From Bacteroidia bacterium (lineage in GTDB: Bacteria; Bacteroidota; Bacteroidia; NS11-12g; UBA9320): a stretch of 64,000 bases of DNA. The first letter of the stretch is position 1. The number at the start of each line of letters is the position of its first letter. The stretch is taken from NCBI GenBank assembly GCA_049115575.1, contig JAGDZU010000004.1, forward strand, positions 423,307 through 487,306. The letters are read 5' to 3'. Positions 1-8,874 of this stretch are shown here, in pieces. The notes under the pieces were generated by a model. The model was not told where the DNA came from and did not search any database. It saw only the letters and a list, made by a program, of their open reading frames with translations. A program made the position numbers and the translations under genes.

Positions 1-7
1 TCTCAAT

Positions 8-265
8 ATGAATTTCATGAAAAATATTAAGGTCTTTATACAATCAACGTATGAACCAGAGACCTTAATTGTTCAACGAGATTCAGTGTATACCAATTCA
101 CAAGGAATGGGTTTTGGAACTAGTATACAGGATGACTTGAGCAAGCATTTAATAAATGGAACTTTCTGGCTTAGAATTGAGTTCGAGACGGATGAGCCCA
201 CGAATGAAATTGGATATATCAATTTCTTTCCTTGGTTCAGAGTGAAAGCTGTCAAGGTTGAGTAG
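8..265 (+). CDS. hypothetical protein, possibly 5'-truncated at window edge
   Basis: 85-aa ORF. The frame stays open to base 2, so the true start may lie outside the window. No family recognised. Confidence 0.3.
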   Translation: MNFMKNIKVFIQSTYEPETLIVQRDSVYTNSQGMGFGTSIQDDLSKHLINGTFWLRIEFETDEPTNEIGYINFFPWFRVKAVKVE

Positions 266-355
266 ATTTCTCAAAACCAACCTCTGAAGAATCAGATATT
301 TCATGCACCAGTACGAAGCGGACTTAATAATCCGCGCCATTTGCGGATGAGTCCA

Positions 356-384
356 TGTAGAGGGAAGCGGACGATTATCGAACT
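356..384 (+). repeat. direct repeat copy 1 (TGTAGAGGGAAGCGGA-CGATT-ATCGAACT)
   Basis: The 16-mer is identical to 2664-2679 and is followed by the same ATCGAACT after a 5-nt insertion. Confidence 0.7.
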
Positions 385-648
385 TTTGATTTGGGCAACT
401 TTTCAATACAGGAAGTTGCAGGGTCGTGAAAAGTGCAGGAAGTAAGCTAGTTGCGAACCAGAGTGTTGGCCTGATGTACATTGAAGGTGCACCAAGAATA
501 TATAAGAATGCAAATAGAAGCTAATGTAACAGAACGCCCTAAATCCGGAATATCAGATTTACATTATATGTTCTACCTGATTACTTCTTTGGTTATAAAA
601 AGTATTGGCTGACCAGTAAGATGGTCCTCTCAACTTCAAAATAAAGAT

Positions 649-1752
649 TCAATTGGATTTTAACATTAATTCGTGGTCTCGTTTTAAGATGTCAATCCAA
701 ACAGTTCTTGCAAAATCAATGTATTCAACTGGTTGGTCAATGAAAGAATCTTCATTAATATACCGCCCAGCCATTTGGGAAGATGTCCAATGTCCATTTT
801 CATTTTGCTTATAATTGGATAAGTCTAAATCATCAGAAGCTGGAACATCAGATATATAATCTAATGTGAACCCTTCAAGGGTATGCCAAAGGTTGCCTAT
901 GTTCATGGCTAGCACACGCTTTTGTGGAGAAATATCATAGGTACAACTTAAAGTGTAAACAATGATCATTTCCGCCATAGAATCTTTATTTAAATCAGTA
1001 ATAAGTATATCTCCAGAGTCAATTTTTGCAACTATATCTGCATCCCCGCAACTCAATGAATCATGGTAAATGTCATGAATTACTAAGCCATCTTCGTCAG
1101 ATTCACGAATTTTGTACATTCTGAATACTGCTGTCTCATTTGGAATGTCAACAGTTTCAGTGAGTATGGAAAACCATGTACCTTCTTTGTCCGACCAAGA
1201 CTTCTGGTCAACAACCCTTCCAGCAATAGAATCAAAAGACTCAAAGTTTCTGTTCAATAATAAAAACTTACCAGATGAGTCACTTCTTTCTGCATCCTCT
1301 AACAAATTGATTAGATATCCTTTATAAGTTGAATCTGGCCCTAAAATTTTGTTTTCTGCCATTATAACACCATCATTCTTGAACACAGTAAAATAATAGT
1401 CATTTGCATACCAGTTGTTTCGTCTAAAATGCCCTGCTCTTGCAACCGGCATCCCATCATATCTTATTTCGAAATCCATAAGACCGTGTAAATGACCAAT
1501 CTTGCTTTGTAACTCCCCGTTACTAAACACCAATTTGCCGCCTTCTTTTATGGAAACTTTTGATAGACTCAATTCATTTTTAACGTCAACACTTACCGTA
1601 TTTAGGTCATAAAATTTAACTCCAATTCTATTGATAAGAGTGTCGGTGTTTTTATATTTCTTAATAACAGGTTTGGCAAAAAGCCATAAACTTAGTGAAG
1701 TAATGATTACAACAATGATTGCGATTTTAGACAAGCTGTTATAAAGTTTCAT
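649..1752 (-). CDS. hypothetical protein with N-terminal membrane anchor
   Basis: 367 aa from ATG 1752 (the track ORF begins at TTG 1770). N-terminal hydrophobic helix KIAIIVVIITSLSLWLF. No domain recognised. Confidence 0.55.
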   Translation of the reverse strand: MKLYNSLSKIAIIVVIITSLSLWLFAKPVIKKYKNTDTLINRIGVKFYDLNTVSVDVKNELSLSKVSIKEGGKLVFSNGELQSKIGHLHGLMDFEIRYDGMPVARAGHFRRNNWYANDYYFTVFKNDGVIMAENKILGPDSTYKGYLINLLEDAERSDSSGKFLLLNRNFESFDSIAGRVVDQKSWSDKEGTWFSILTETVDIPNETAVFRMYKIRESDEDGLVIHDIYHDSLSCGDADIVAKIDSGDILITDLNKDSMAEMIIVYTLSCTYDISPQKRVLAMNIGNLWHTLEGFTLDYISDVPASDDLDLSNYKQNENGHWTSSQMAGRYINEDSFIDQPVEYIDFARTVWIDILKRDHELMLKSN

Positions 1753-1826
1753 TATGTCAACAATATACAAAAGATAGTTCTATTATTCCATCGTATTTAA
1801 TTAGCACTTGGATTGAAGATAGTAAT

Positions 1827-1850
1827 AAAAGCCAATCATGAGTGGCTTTT
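1827..1850 (-). terminator. candidate intrinsic terminator of the 197-aa membrane gene
   Basis: Hairpin AAAAGCCA-N8-TGGCTTTT overlaps the stop codon and is followed on the - strand by UUUUAUUA. Confidence 0.45.
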
Positions 1851-2442
1851 AACTTGTAGCGAGGAGCAGATTGAATGTTACGATGCTAAGAATAACACAG
1901 CACATAAAAGAATAAAAAGGCCATCCTTTTAGCTTAAAAACCATTCTCAAGCAAATCCAATTGCTGGTTAATAGGACCATTACAAAAAGAACTGAAAGAA
2001 GAGCGTAAAAGCTGTTGTATTCCACAATCGAAATACCGAACAACCCTTTCGAAAATATGGATATCACAAAACTCCATCTGCTCAAAACTAGAAGCCAAAC
2101 TACTATGTGTACAAATATGAATGTCCGTGCAAATTTTAAGTGCATCATTCTTCTTCTGGACATGTTGTAAAACCGCTTACTAAACCAAACAGCTATAGTA
2201 ATCGAATGGCCTAGTGCTGTTGAAATAATAGCTATGAAGTAGTTGGTAAACACAACATCTTCATGGGTATATTCATATTTCTTGAAGTCAGAAAACATAT
2301 ACCTTGTGACTTCCTGATATAAATTAGTAAACCATCCAAATATTAAGCAAAAAAGAACACCACCAACAAGCCCGCTGTAGAATCGGTTCCTGCCAAATAA
2401 TTCAATAGTTAAGTGTTGCTTTTGTAATATTCTATTTTTCAA
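1849..2442 (-). CDS. hypothetical multi-pass membrane protein
   Basis: 197 aa with about 5 hydrophobic segments. No family recognised. Confidence 0.55.
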   Translation of the reverse strand: MKNRILQKQHLTIELFGRNRFYSGLVGGVLFCLIFGWFTNLYQEVTRYMFSDFKKYEYTHEDVVFTNYFIAIISTALGHSITIAVWFSKRFYNMSRRRMMHLKFARTFIFVHIVVWLLVLSRWSFVISIFSKGLFGISIVEYNSFYALLSVLFVMVLLTSNWICLRMVFKLKGWPFYSFMCCVILSIVTFNLLLATS

Positions 2443-2663
2443 AAGAACTGTGTAAAATCAAAGATAGCTAAACTCATATTGAACTATCAATCAGAATAAT
2501 ACTTGTTTGCAGATATACCTAGAATGATATACACTTACTATAATATCGAAACTAGAAGCTCGATTTATCGAACACAAGTGTGTTCTATAAGTGTTTTTTT
2601 AGTTGTTGATATAAAAGGAGTTTATGATAAGAGCATATACTATTAAAAAGGTAGCTTTTAGAT

Positions 2664-2687
2664 TGTAGAGGGAAGCGGAATCGAACT
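2664..2687 (+). repeat. direct repeat copy 2 (TGTAGAGGGAAGCGGA-ATCGAACT), resembling a tRNA 3' end
   Basis: The reverse complement reads GAGTTCGATTCCGCTTCCCTCTACA, which is a T-loop-like TTCGATT plus an acceptor-like tail. No full cloverleaf is present. Confidence 0.7.
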
Positions 2688-2777
2688 CGGACCCTCAACA
2701 CTCCCTGAACCTTTCAAAGCAATAACAAATAAGAGCCCCATTGACAATTAATCTCTAACCATTATCTTTCCCCCCTT

Positions 2778-3485
2778 ATGACATTTAAAGAAGTAATGAG
2801 CGAGTTGGAATCTTATGGTGATGCGCAAACCAAGAAGACTTACTTAAGACATGGTGCCAAAGAACCTTTTTATGGGGTAAAAGCGGGAGACTTAAAAAAA
2901 ATCTTAAAAAAGACTAAAAAGAACCACGAACTATCCCTACAGCTCTATGATACTGGAAACACTGACGCTATGTATTTAGCGGGACTCATGGCCGATGAAA
3001 AACAGATAACTAAAGCTACTTTAAATGACTGGGTTCAAAAGGCTTATTGGTATTATCTCAGTGAATACACCGTACCTTGGGTTGCAGCTGAAACTGAATA
3101 TGGATTTGAATTGGGACTTGAATGGATAGAGTCCAAAGTAGAGCCTATAGCAGCGGCTGGCTGGTCGGTATTCTCAAGCTATGCCCGTGTTACCCAAGAT
3201 GAAGATCTAGATTTAAATGCATATAGCGCACTGATGGATAGGGTTGAAAGAGAAATTCACGATTCTCAAAATCGAGTTCGATATGCCATGAACAATTTTG
3301 TGATTGCTACTGGTACTTTTATTAAAGACCTTACAGCCAAGTCAAAGGAAGTGGCTAAAGCTATAGGAAAAGTTGAAGTGAATATGGGTGGAACGGCTTG
3401 CAAAGTTCCACTAGCCACAGACTATATAGAAAAGGTAGTGAAGGCAGATAGAGTTGGCAAGAAAAGAAAAACCGCTCGCTGCTAA
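2778..3485 (+). CDS. DNA alkylation repair protein (AlkD-like HEAT-repeat family)
   Basis: 235 aa. The N-terminal pattern EVMSELESYGDAQTKKTYLRHGAKEPFYGVKAGDLKKI is typical of this family. Confidence 0.75.
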   Translation: MTFKEVMSELESYGDAQTKKTYLRHGAKEPFYGVKAGDLKKILKKTKKNHELSLQLYDTGNTDAMYLAGLMADEKQITKATLNDWVQKAYWYYLSEYTVPWVAAETEYGFELGLEWIESKVEPIAAAGWSVFSSYARVTQDEDLDLNAYSALMDRVEREIHDSQNRVRYAMNNFVIATGTFIKDLTAKSKEVAKAIGKVEVNMGGTACKVPLATDYIEKVVKADRVGKKRKTARC

Positions 3486-3505
3486 TAATTAATCATTGAT
3501 AACTA
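3486..3505 (+). repeat. 20-nt intergenic motif TAATTAATCATTGATAACTA
   Basis: 18/20 identical to 36258-36277. It starts 1 nt after the stop codon at 3485. Confidence 0.7.
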
Positions 3506-3524
3506 ATAATTAACAATTATTGAT

Positions 3525-4931
3525 TCAGTCCATATTGTAAACTTGGTCTAGGACCGGGATTTCAACCTTTCTAAATCCTTTATCCAGTAAGGATTCTTTA
3601 AACTTTTTCTGGCGGTCGATTTCTCCGTGAACCAAGAAAAGCTTCTTGAGTTTTTTCCTGTTTTGATTGTCTAAGAAATCTAACATTTCTTCTTGATCTC
3701 CGTGAGCACTGAAACTGTCCATAACCAAAACTTCGGCCTTTACTTTTTTCTTTTGACCAAATATTCGAACCTCATCAGCACCGTCTCTTATCATTCGACC
3801 CAAAGTTCCATCCGCGCAAAATCCAACTACTAATATGGTATTACTCGGATTCTCTATATGATTATTTAAATGATGCTTGATTCTTCCGGCCTGCATCATT
3901 CCACTGGCACTAATAATTATACAAGGGCCTTCAAGTAGATTAATGCTTTTGGATTGTTCAACTGTTCTCACATATTTGAGCTTTCTGAAACCAAAAGGAT
4001 TGGGGTCTCGCTGCATATATCTCAACAGATCAAGATCGTAGCACTCAGGATGCAGAATAAAGATATCAGTTGCATCCACGGCCAAAGGGCTGTCTACAAA
4101 GACGGGAATCTTAGGCATTCTTCCGCTAGATTCTAACCTATCCATCATATATACTAGTTCCTGTGTTCTTCCAACACTAAAAGCGGGAATAATCAACTTT
4201 CCTCTTTTGTCTACACATGCTTTTTGAATCACCTTTAAAAGGTCATCTTCACTATTGGGCTCACCTTCATGCTCCTCCCCTCCGTATGTTGATTCGCAAA
4301 TTAGATAGTCACAATCTACCATGGGTTGAGGATCTCTCAAAATTGGCCTATTTGGTCTTCCAATATCCCCAGTAAAACCAATGTACTCAAAATGCTGGTT
4401 GTCCTTTTCAACTTTCAATGTAACATTAGAACTGCCGAGTATATGGCCTGCATCTTGAAACATTACCTCTACATTCTCAGCTATTTTAAACCATCGATCG
4501 TAAGCAATTCCGATAAAGCTAGACATGGCGTGCTGTGCATCGGCTACAGTGTAAAGTGGATCCATGGGAGGCAATCCAATTCTAGCTCTTCTCTTGTTTA
4601 CATAGGTCACATCCTTTTCCTGTATAAAGCCACTATCAAGTAGCATAATGGCCGCTAAATCTCTAGTAGCGCTTGTACAGACAACATCACCTTTGAATCC
4701 ATCTTTTATCAATTTTGGAATTCTCCCTGCATGATCTATATGAGCATGACTTAAAACCAAAACATCTATATCTGTAGGATCAAAAGACCATTCTTGATTG
4801 AAATCATCAAAGTCCGGATCGTTACCCTGGTACAGTCCACAATCCAAGAGAATTTTTTTGCCGTCATCTGTGGTGATGAGATGACAACTTCCAGTAACTG
4901 TGCGCGCGGCGCCACAAAATTTCACTTTCAT
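3525..4931 (-). CDS. MBL-fold metallo-hydrolase with beta-CASP / RNA-specificity domain
   Basis: 468 aa with the HAHIDHAG (HxHxDH) motif and an N-terminal FCGAARTVTGSCHLI pattern. Confidence 0.85.
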   Translation of the reverse strand: MKVKFCGAARTVTGSCHLITTDDGKKILLDCGLYQGNDPDFDDFNQEWSFDPTDIDVLVLSHAHIDHAGRIPKLIKDGFKGDVVCTSATRDLAAIMLLDSGFIQEKDVTYVNKRRARIGLPPMDPLYTVADAQHAMSSFIGIAYDRWFKIAENVEVMFQDAGHILGSSNVTLKVEKDNQHFEYIGFTGDIGRPNRPILRDPQPMVDCDYLICESTYGGEEHEGEPNSEDDLLKVIQKACVDKRGKLIIPAFSVGRTQELVYMMDRLESSGRMPKIPVFVDSPLAVDATDIFILHPECYDLDLLRYMQRDPNPFGFRKLKYVRTVEQSKSINLLEGPCIIISASGMMQAGRIKHHLNNHIENPSNTILVVGFCADGTLGRMIRDGADEVRIFGQKKKVKAEVLVMDSFSAHGDQEEMLDFLDNQNRKKLKKLFLVHGEIDRQKKFKESLLDKGFRKVEIPVLDQVYNMD

Positions 4932-4985
4932 AAGAAAATTAGTTTTAAGCCTCTAATTTTGGAGTTCAAATCTATTTAAAAAGCA

Positions 4986-5873
4986 ATGCATTCACTCCTA
5001 AACGATCCAGAAATTGCCGTCCATCAAACAGCTGGAATCAAACTCTCTCAATTCAAAACGGATTATAAAGCCGATTTTAAGGACCTAAAGGATGCAAAGA
5101 TTCGGCTCAAGCTTGCCAATAAGAAAATGAACGATCTTCAGCGAAAACTATATGCTGCTGATAATCATTCTGTACTTCTTGTGTTTCAAGCCATGGATGC
5201 AGCGGGTAAAGACAGCACCATAAGATCTGTGTTCAGCGGATTAAATCCCACGGGATTTCAGGTGAGCAGTTTTAAAGCCCCATCTAAAAAAGAATTAGAT
5301 CACGACTACTTATGGCGATGCCAAAAAGCACTGCCCGAAAGAGGGAGGATTGGAATATTTAACCGCTCACATTATGAAGAGGTTCTGGTTTGCAAAGTAC
5401 ACCCTGAATATGTAGTAGGTCAAAACATCCCCGGTATCACAGAGGTTTCAAAATTGAATTCTGCATTCTGGAATGCCCGATATGAGCAAATTTCAGATTG
5501 GGAAAAACATCTTGCTGCCAATGGCACGGTAATAATGAAGTTCTTTCTCAATGTGTCTAAAGAAGAGCAGAAAAACAGATTCTTAAGCAGGATAAACACT
5601 CCTCGGAAAAATTGGAAATTTAGCTATGGCGACATGAAAGAAAGGGCTTTATGGAGCGAATACCAGCTAGCATATGAAGATGCCATATCAGCAACTGCCA
5701 GAGAATTTGCACCATGGTTCGTAATCCCTGCTGATAATAAAACTTATATGAGAGCTTTAGTTGCTGAAATTGTGGTTGAAAAATTAGAAGAATTGAATCT
5801 GCACTATCCTCAAGTAGACCAAGAAGCTGTAGAGGAAATGAAGATCGCAAAAGAAATGTTAGAAAACGAATAG
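4986..5873 (+). CDS. ppk2: polyphosphate kinase 2 family protein
   Basis: 295 aa with MDAAGKDSTI (P-loop-like) and LPERGRIGIFNRSHYEEV motifs. Confidence 0.85.
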   Translation: MHSLLNDPEIAVHQTAGIKLSQFKTDYKADFKDLKDAKIRLKLANKKMNDLQRKLYAADNHSVLLVFQAMDAAGKDSTIRSVFSGLNPTGFQVSSFKAPSKKELDHDYLWRCQKALPERGRIGIFNRSHYEEVLVCKVHPEYVVGQNIPGITEVSKLNSAFWNARYEQISDWEKHLAANGTVIMKFFLNVSKEEQKNRFLSRINTPRKNWKFSYGDMKERALWSEYQLAYEDAISATAREFAPWFVIPADNKTYMRALVAEIVVEKLEELNLHYPQVDQEAVEEMKIAKEMLENE

Positions 5874-5901
5874 CAAATGCTTGACTTGTTTAAGATTTTT
5901 A

Positions 5902-5909
5902 TACTTTTG
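5902..5909 (+). promoter_or_regulatory. candidate Bacteroidota -7 box (TACTTTTG) for rpmH
   Basis: Matches TAnnTTTG, lies 42 nt upstream of the rpmH ATG, and has TTG triplets at 5881 and 5886. Confidence 0.35.
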
Positions 5910-5950
5910 CAGGCCGTTTTAAACGAAAGCGATTTAGAATAGTAGAAGTA

Positions 5951-6112
5951 ATGAGCAAGAGAACATTTCAACCAAGTAGAAGAAAGAGAAGCAATAAGCA
6001 CGGATTCAGAAGCAGAATGGCTAGTCTGAGTGGTAGAAAAGTACTTGCGGCTAGAAGAAAAAAAGGGCGCAAGAAACTATCTGTCTCTAGCGAAGCTAAA
6101 CACAAGCGCTAG
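5951..6112 (+). CDS. rpmH: 50S ribosomal protein L34
   Basis: Hand-translated as [53 protein letters not shown] (53 aa, below the ORF-track cutoff). Classic position upstream of rnpA. Confidence 0.95.
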   Translation: MSKRTFQPSRRKRSNKHGFRSRMASLSGRKVLAARRKKGRKKLSVSSEAKHKR

Positions 6113-6130
6113 TGCTTCTCCCCTATCAGA

Positions 6131-6520
6131 ATGGGGAAAAATTATACATTAGGAAAATCAGAGCGTTTAAATAAACGCAGCCTTATTGATGCTATATTCA
6201 ATAAAGAAGGCAAGACTATTAAGTCTGGTCCTTTGTTGTTTGTTTATCTCAAAGCAGATTTAGATGAACCATATCCGGCACAAGTCTTGTTCTCGGTATC
6301 CAAACGCAAATTCAATAAAGCAAAAGATCGCAATAGAATTAAGCGTTTGCTAAAAGAGGTCTATCGGCTCAGCAAGCCTGAAATTTATAAGGCCATAGAA
6401 GCAGAGAAACAAACATATGCGCTAGCTCTGCTGTATTTAGATAATGAGCTTCTTGATTTTAATACCATTGAGCACCACTTTAAAAGTATAAAAGATGAAT
6501 TTATTAAAAGGCATTCGTGA
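6131..6520 (+). CDS. rnpA: ribonuclease P protein component
   Basis: 129 aa, basic, with a [12 protein letters not shown] start and [18 protein letters not shown]. rpmH-rnpA-yidD synteny. Confidence 0.85.
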   Translation: MGKNYTLGKSERLNKRSLIDAIFNKEGKTIKSGPLLFVYLKADLDEPYPAQVLFSVSKRKFNKAKDRNRIKRLLKEVYRLSKPEIYKAIEAEKQTYALALLYLDNELLDFNTIEHHFKSIKDEFIKRHS

Positions 6521-6734
6521 TTTAGTGGTCTTCTTATTATTGATTCCTATACGTATCTACAGGAAATTAATCTCTCCTATACTACCCGCAACGTGTAGGT
6601 ATACTCCCACTTGCTCAGCATATGCTATGGAAGCCTTACAAAAACATGGACCCTTAAAGGGGAGTTGGCTCGCCATCAAACGAATAGTCAGTTGCAATCC
6701 TTGGGGAGGGCATGGCCACGATCCTGTTCCGTAA
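6495..6734 (+). CDS. yidD: membrane protein insertion efficiency factor YidD
   Basis: [15 protein letters not shown]...[24 protein letters not shown]. Confidence 0.9.
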   Translation: MNLLKGIRDLVVFLLLIPIRIYRKLISPILPATCRYTPTCSAYAMEALQKHGPLKGSWLAIKRIVSCNPWGGHGHDPVP

Positions 6735-6791
6735 CTAAATTTAATTAGACTATTAATCAGTCTGTTGTGAATTAATTACATATGCAATCCC

Positions 6792-6799
6792 TATATTTG
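6792..6799 (+). promoter_or_regulatory. candidate -7 box TATATTTG of lipoprotein module 1
   Basis: Matches TAnnTTTG, 18 nt before ATG 6818. The same octamer sits at the same spacing in all four modules. Confidence 0.5.
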
Positions 6800-6817
6800 A
6801 AAGCATATTATACCACT

Positions 6818-7231
6818 ATGAAATTAAAAAAATCAGCACCTATAGCTGCTATTGCAACGGCAGCTATTGTGTTCAACTTCTCAAGTTGTACTTATGAAGA
6901 TGGACCAACTATCAGTTTAAAGTCTAAAACCGGTCGTCTAGTTGGCGAATGGGAAATTACCCAATTTGCTGGTGAGAACGTTCCTTCCGGAGTAGAATAC
7001 GAAATGGAATTCGAAAAGAATGGAGACTTTGCATTTCACATTACCTATGATTACTATGGATATTCGTATTCTTATGATTCAGAAGGTGAATGGGAATGGG
7101 GCTCTGGAAAAGAAAGCGTTGAGTTAGATCTTGATGGAGATACATATGAATTCCAAATTAAAAGGCTAACAAACAAGGAACTTTGGATGGAGGATGAAGA
7201 AGGAGATGAATGGGAAATGGAAAAGAAATAA
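6818..7231 (+). CDS. lipocalin-like-domain lipoprotein, paralog 1 of 4
   Basis: Start moved to MKLKKSAP, because the track ORF 6782 includes the promoter box. Signal peptide plus lipobox FSSC. Contains GRLVGEWE and GEWEWGSGKES and has an acidic C-terminus. Confidence 0.8.
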   Translation: MKLKKSAPIAAIATAAIVFNFSSCTYEDGPTISLKSKTGRLVGEWEITQFAGENVPSGVEYEMEFEKNGDFAFHITYDYYGYSYSYDSEGEWEWGSGKESVELDLDGDTYEFQIKRLTNKELWMEDEEGDEWEMEKK

Positions 7232-7254
7232 TCCAAATCACATAGAAATAACTG

Positions 7255-7279
7255 AAAGCCGGCTTGTCCGGCTTTTTTT
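7255..7279 (+). terminator. intrinsic terminator of module 1
   Basis: AGCCGG-CTTGT-CCGGCT hairpin followed by T7. Confidence 0.8.
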
Positions 7280-7332
7280 ATGATATTAATCCAATATTGC
7301 TTCTTCTCAGACTTAATAGACTTAGAATGTTT

Positions 7333-7340
7333 TATATTTG
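7333..7340 (+). promoter_or_regulatory. candidate -7 box TATATTTG of module 2
   Basis: 18 nt before ATG 7359. Confidence 0.5.
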
Positions 7341-7358
7341 GTTTAAGATTAAAACATT

Positions 7359-7772
7359 ATGAAATTAAAATATTCAGCCCCTATTGTTGCCATAGCTTCG
7401 GCAACTATTATTTTTAACTTCTCTAGTTGCACCTATGAAGACGGCCCTACTATTAGCTTAAAATCTAAGACGGGTAGACTTGTTGGTGAATGGGAAGCTA
7501 CCAAAATTGAAGGACAAAAAATTCCAAGCAATTATGAATATGAGTTTGAGTTTGAGAAAAACGGAGATTTTTCATTTACTCTAACTTATTCATATGGCGG
7601 ATACTCTTATGACTACAGCTCAAGTGGAGAATGGGAATGGGGTTCTGGAAAAGAAAGCCTAGAAATGGATTTTGATGGAGACGTTTATGAATTTGAAATT
7701 AAAAGACTGACCAATAAGGAACTTTGGATGGAAGATGAGGATGAAGAAGAGTGGGAATTCGAAAAGAAGTAA
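7359..7772 (+). CDS. lipocalin-like-domain lipoprotein, paralog 2 of 4
   Basis: 137 aa with the same signal peptide/lipobox and conserved blocks as paralog 1. Confidence 0.85.
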   Translation: MKLKYSAPIVAIASATIIFNFSSCTYEDGPTISLKSKTGRLVGEWEATKIEGQKIPSNYEYEFEFEKNGDFSFTLTYSYGGYSYDYSSSGEWEWGSGKESLEMDFDGDVYEFEIKRLTNKELWMEDEDEEEWEFEKK

Positions 7773-7791
7773 TCTATTCCTTAAGAAACTA

Positions 7792-7815
7792 AAAGCCGGC
7801 TTGTCCGGCTTTTTT
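7792..7815 (+). terminator. intrinsic terminator of module 2
   Basis: Same AGCCGG-CTTGT-CCGGCT hairpin followed by a T-run. Confidence 0.8.
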
Positions 7816-7851
7816 ATTGCAATAGCTTCTCATTTGAGCTAAAATATGGAT

Positions 7852-7859
7852 TATATTTG
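7852..7859 (+). promoter_or_regulatory. candidate -7 box TATATTTG of module 3
   Basis: 19 nt before ATG 7879. Confidence 0.5.
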
Positions 7860-7878
7860 ATATCCTAAAATCACGGTT

Positions 7879-8295
7879 ATGAAACTTAAACACTCAGCAC
7901 CACTCGCCGCAATTGCAACGGCTACTATTGTATTTAACTTCTCTAGTTGCACCTATGAAGATGGGCCAACTATTAGTTTAAAGTCTAAAACAGGAAGGCT
8001 TGTTGGCGAATGGGAGATTATTGAATTGGCCGGAAATAAAGTTCCTAGTAACACCACCTATGAAATGGAATTCGAAAAAGATGGAGACTTCGTTTTGTCT
8101 TTTGAATATAGCTATGGGGGCTATTCTTATTCTGATGATCTGAAAGGAGAATGGGAATGGGGTAATGGAAAAGAAAGTGTTGAACTGGAATTTGAATATG
8201 GTGCTTTATATGAACTTGAAATAAAAAGACTTACCAATAAGGAATTATGGGCTGAAGACGATGAAGGCGAAGATTGGGAATTTGAAAAAATTTAA
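7879..8295 (+). CDS. lipocalin-like-domain lipoprotein, paralog 3 of 4
   Basis: 138 aa. The first ~150 nt are nearly identical to paralog 4. Confidence 0.85.
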   Translation: MKLKHSAPLAAIATATIVFNFSSCTYEDGPTISLKSKTGRLVGEWEIIELAGNKVPSNTTYEMEFEKDGDFVLSFEYSYGGYSYSDDLKGEWEWGNGKESVELEFEYGALYELEIKRLTNKELWAEDDEGEDWEFEKI

Positions 8296-8312
8296 TATTG
8301 GATAGCACTATT

Positions 8313-8337
8313 AAAAGCTGGCTTGTCTTGCTTTTTT
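8313..8337 (+). terminator. degenerate terminator of module 3
   Basis: AAGCTGG-CTTG-TCTTGCTT plus a T-run. This is a mutated version of the module 1/2 hairpin with a weaker stem. Confidence 0.4.
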
Positions 8338-8380
8338 ATTGCAATAGATAATCAAAACAAATATTTGAGTTATATCTTTT

Positions 8381-8388
8381 TATATTTG
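8381..8388 (+). promoter_or_regulatory. candidate -7 box TATATTTG of module 4
   Basis: 20 nt before ATG 8409. Confidence 0.5.
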
Positions 8389-8408
8389 ATACTCAATAGA
8401 TCTCAACC

Positions 8409-8825
8409 ATGAAACTTAAACACTCAGCACCACTCGCCGCTATTGCAACGGCAACAATCATTTTTAACTTCTCTAGTTGCACCTATGAAGATGGGCCAAC
8501 TTTTAGTTTAAAGTCTAAAACCGGAAGACTTGTTGGAGAATGGAATGTTTTAGAATTGGCTGGAACTAAAGCCACGAATAACACCATATATGAAATGGAA
8601 TTTGAAAAAGATGGTGATATTGAGCTGAAAATTGAGTACGATTATGGGGGATATTCTTATTCCAATACTATAAAAGGAGAATGGGAATGGGGCAATGGAA
8701 AGGAAAGTTTGGAATTGGATTTTGATGGTGGCTTCAACTATGAACTAGAAATTAAAAGACTCACAAATAAGGAACTCAAGGCAGAGGATGAGGATGGTGA
8801 TGATTGGGAAATGGAGAAAATATAA
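8409..8825 (+). CDS. lipocalin-like-domain lipoprotein, paralog 4 of 4
   Basis: 138 aa with the same architecture as the other paralogs. Confidence 0.85.
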   Translation: MKLKHSAPLAAIATATIIFNFSSCTYEDGPTFSLKSKTGRLVGEWNVLELAGTKATNNTIYEMEFEKDGDIELKIEYDYGGYSYSNTIKGEWEWGNGKESLELDFDGGFNYELEIKRLTNKELKAEDEDGDDWEMEKI

Positions 8826-8844
8826 ATCTTAAAGAATACTGTTG

Positions 8845-8869
8845 AAAGCCGGCTAGCCGGCTTTTTTTT
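8845..8869 (+). terminator. intrinsic terminator of module 4
   Basis: AGCCGG-CTAG-CCGGCT hairpin followed by T8. Confidence 0.8.
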
Positions 8870-8874
8870 ATTAT

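Noticed and set aside
149-481. 110-aa - strand ORF
   Set aside because: It overlaps the + strand ORF 8-265, has unprotein-like composition and no motif, and covers the hairpin-rich non-coding stretch.
2640-2760. A tRNA gene on the - strand, suggested by GGAATCGAAC
   Set aside because: Only the T-loop-to-3'-end part is tRNA-like. The T-stem does not pair, and there is no matching 5' acceptor strand, D-arm or anticodon arm.
6782-8870. The regular ~530-bp periodicity as a CRISPR array or mobile-element array
   Set aside because: The repeats are whole genes with promoters and terminators. No short repeat/spacer structure, cas genes or transposase are present.
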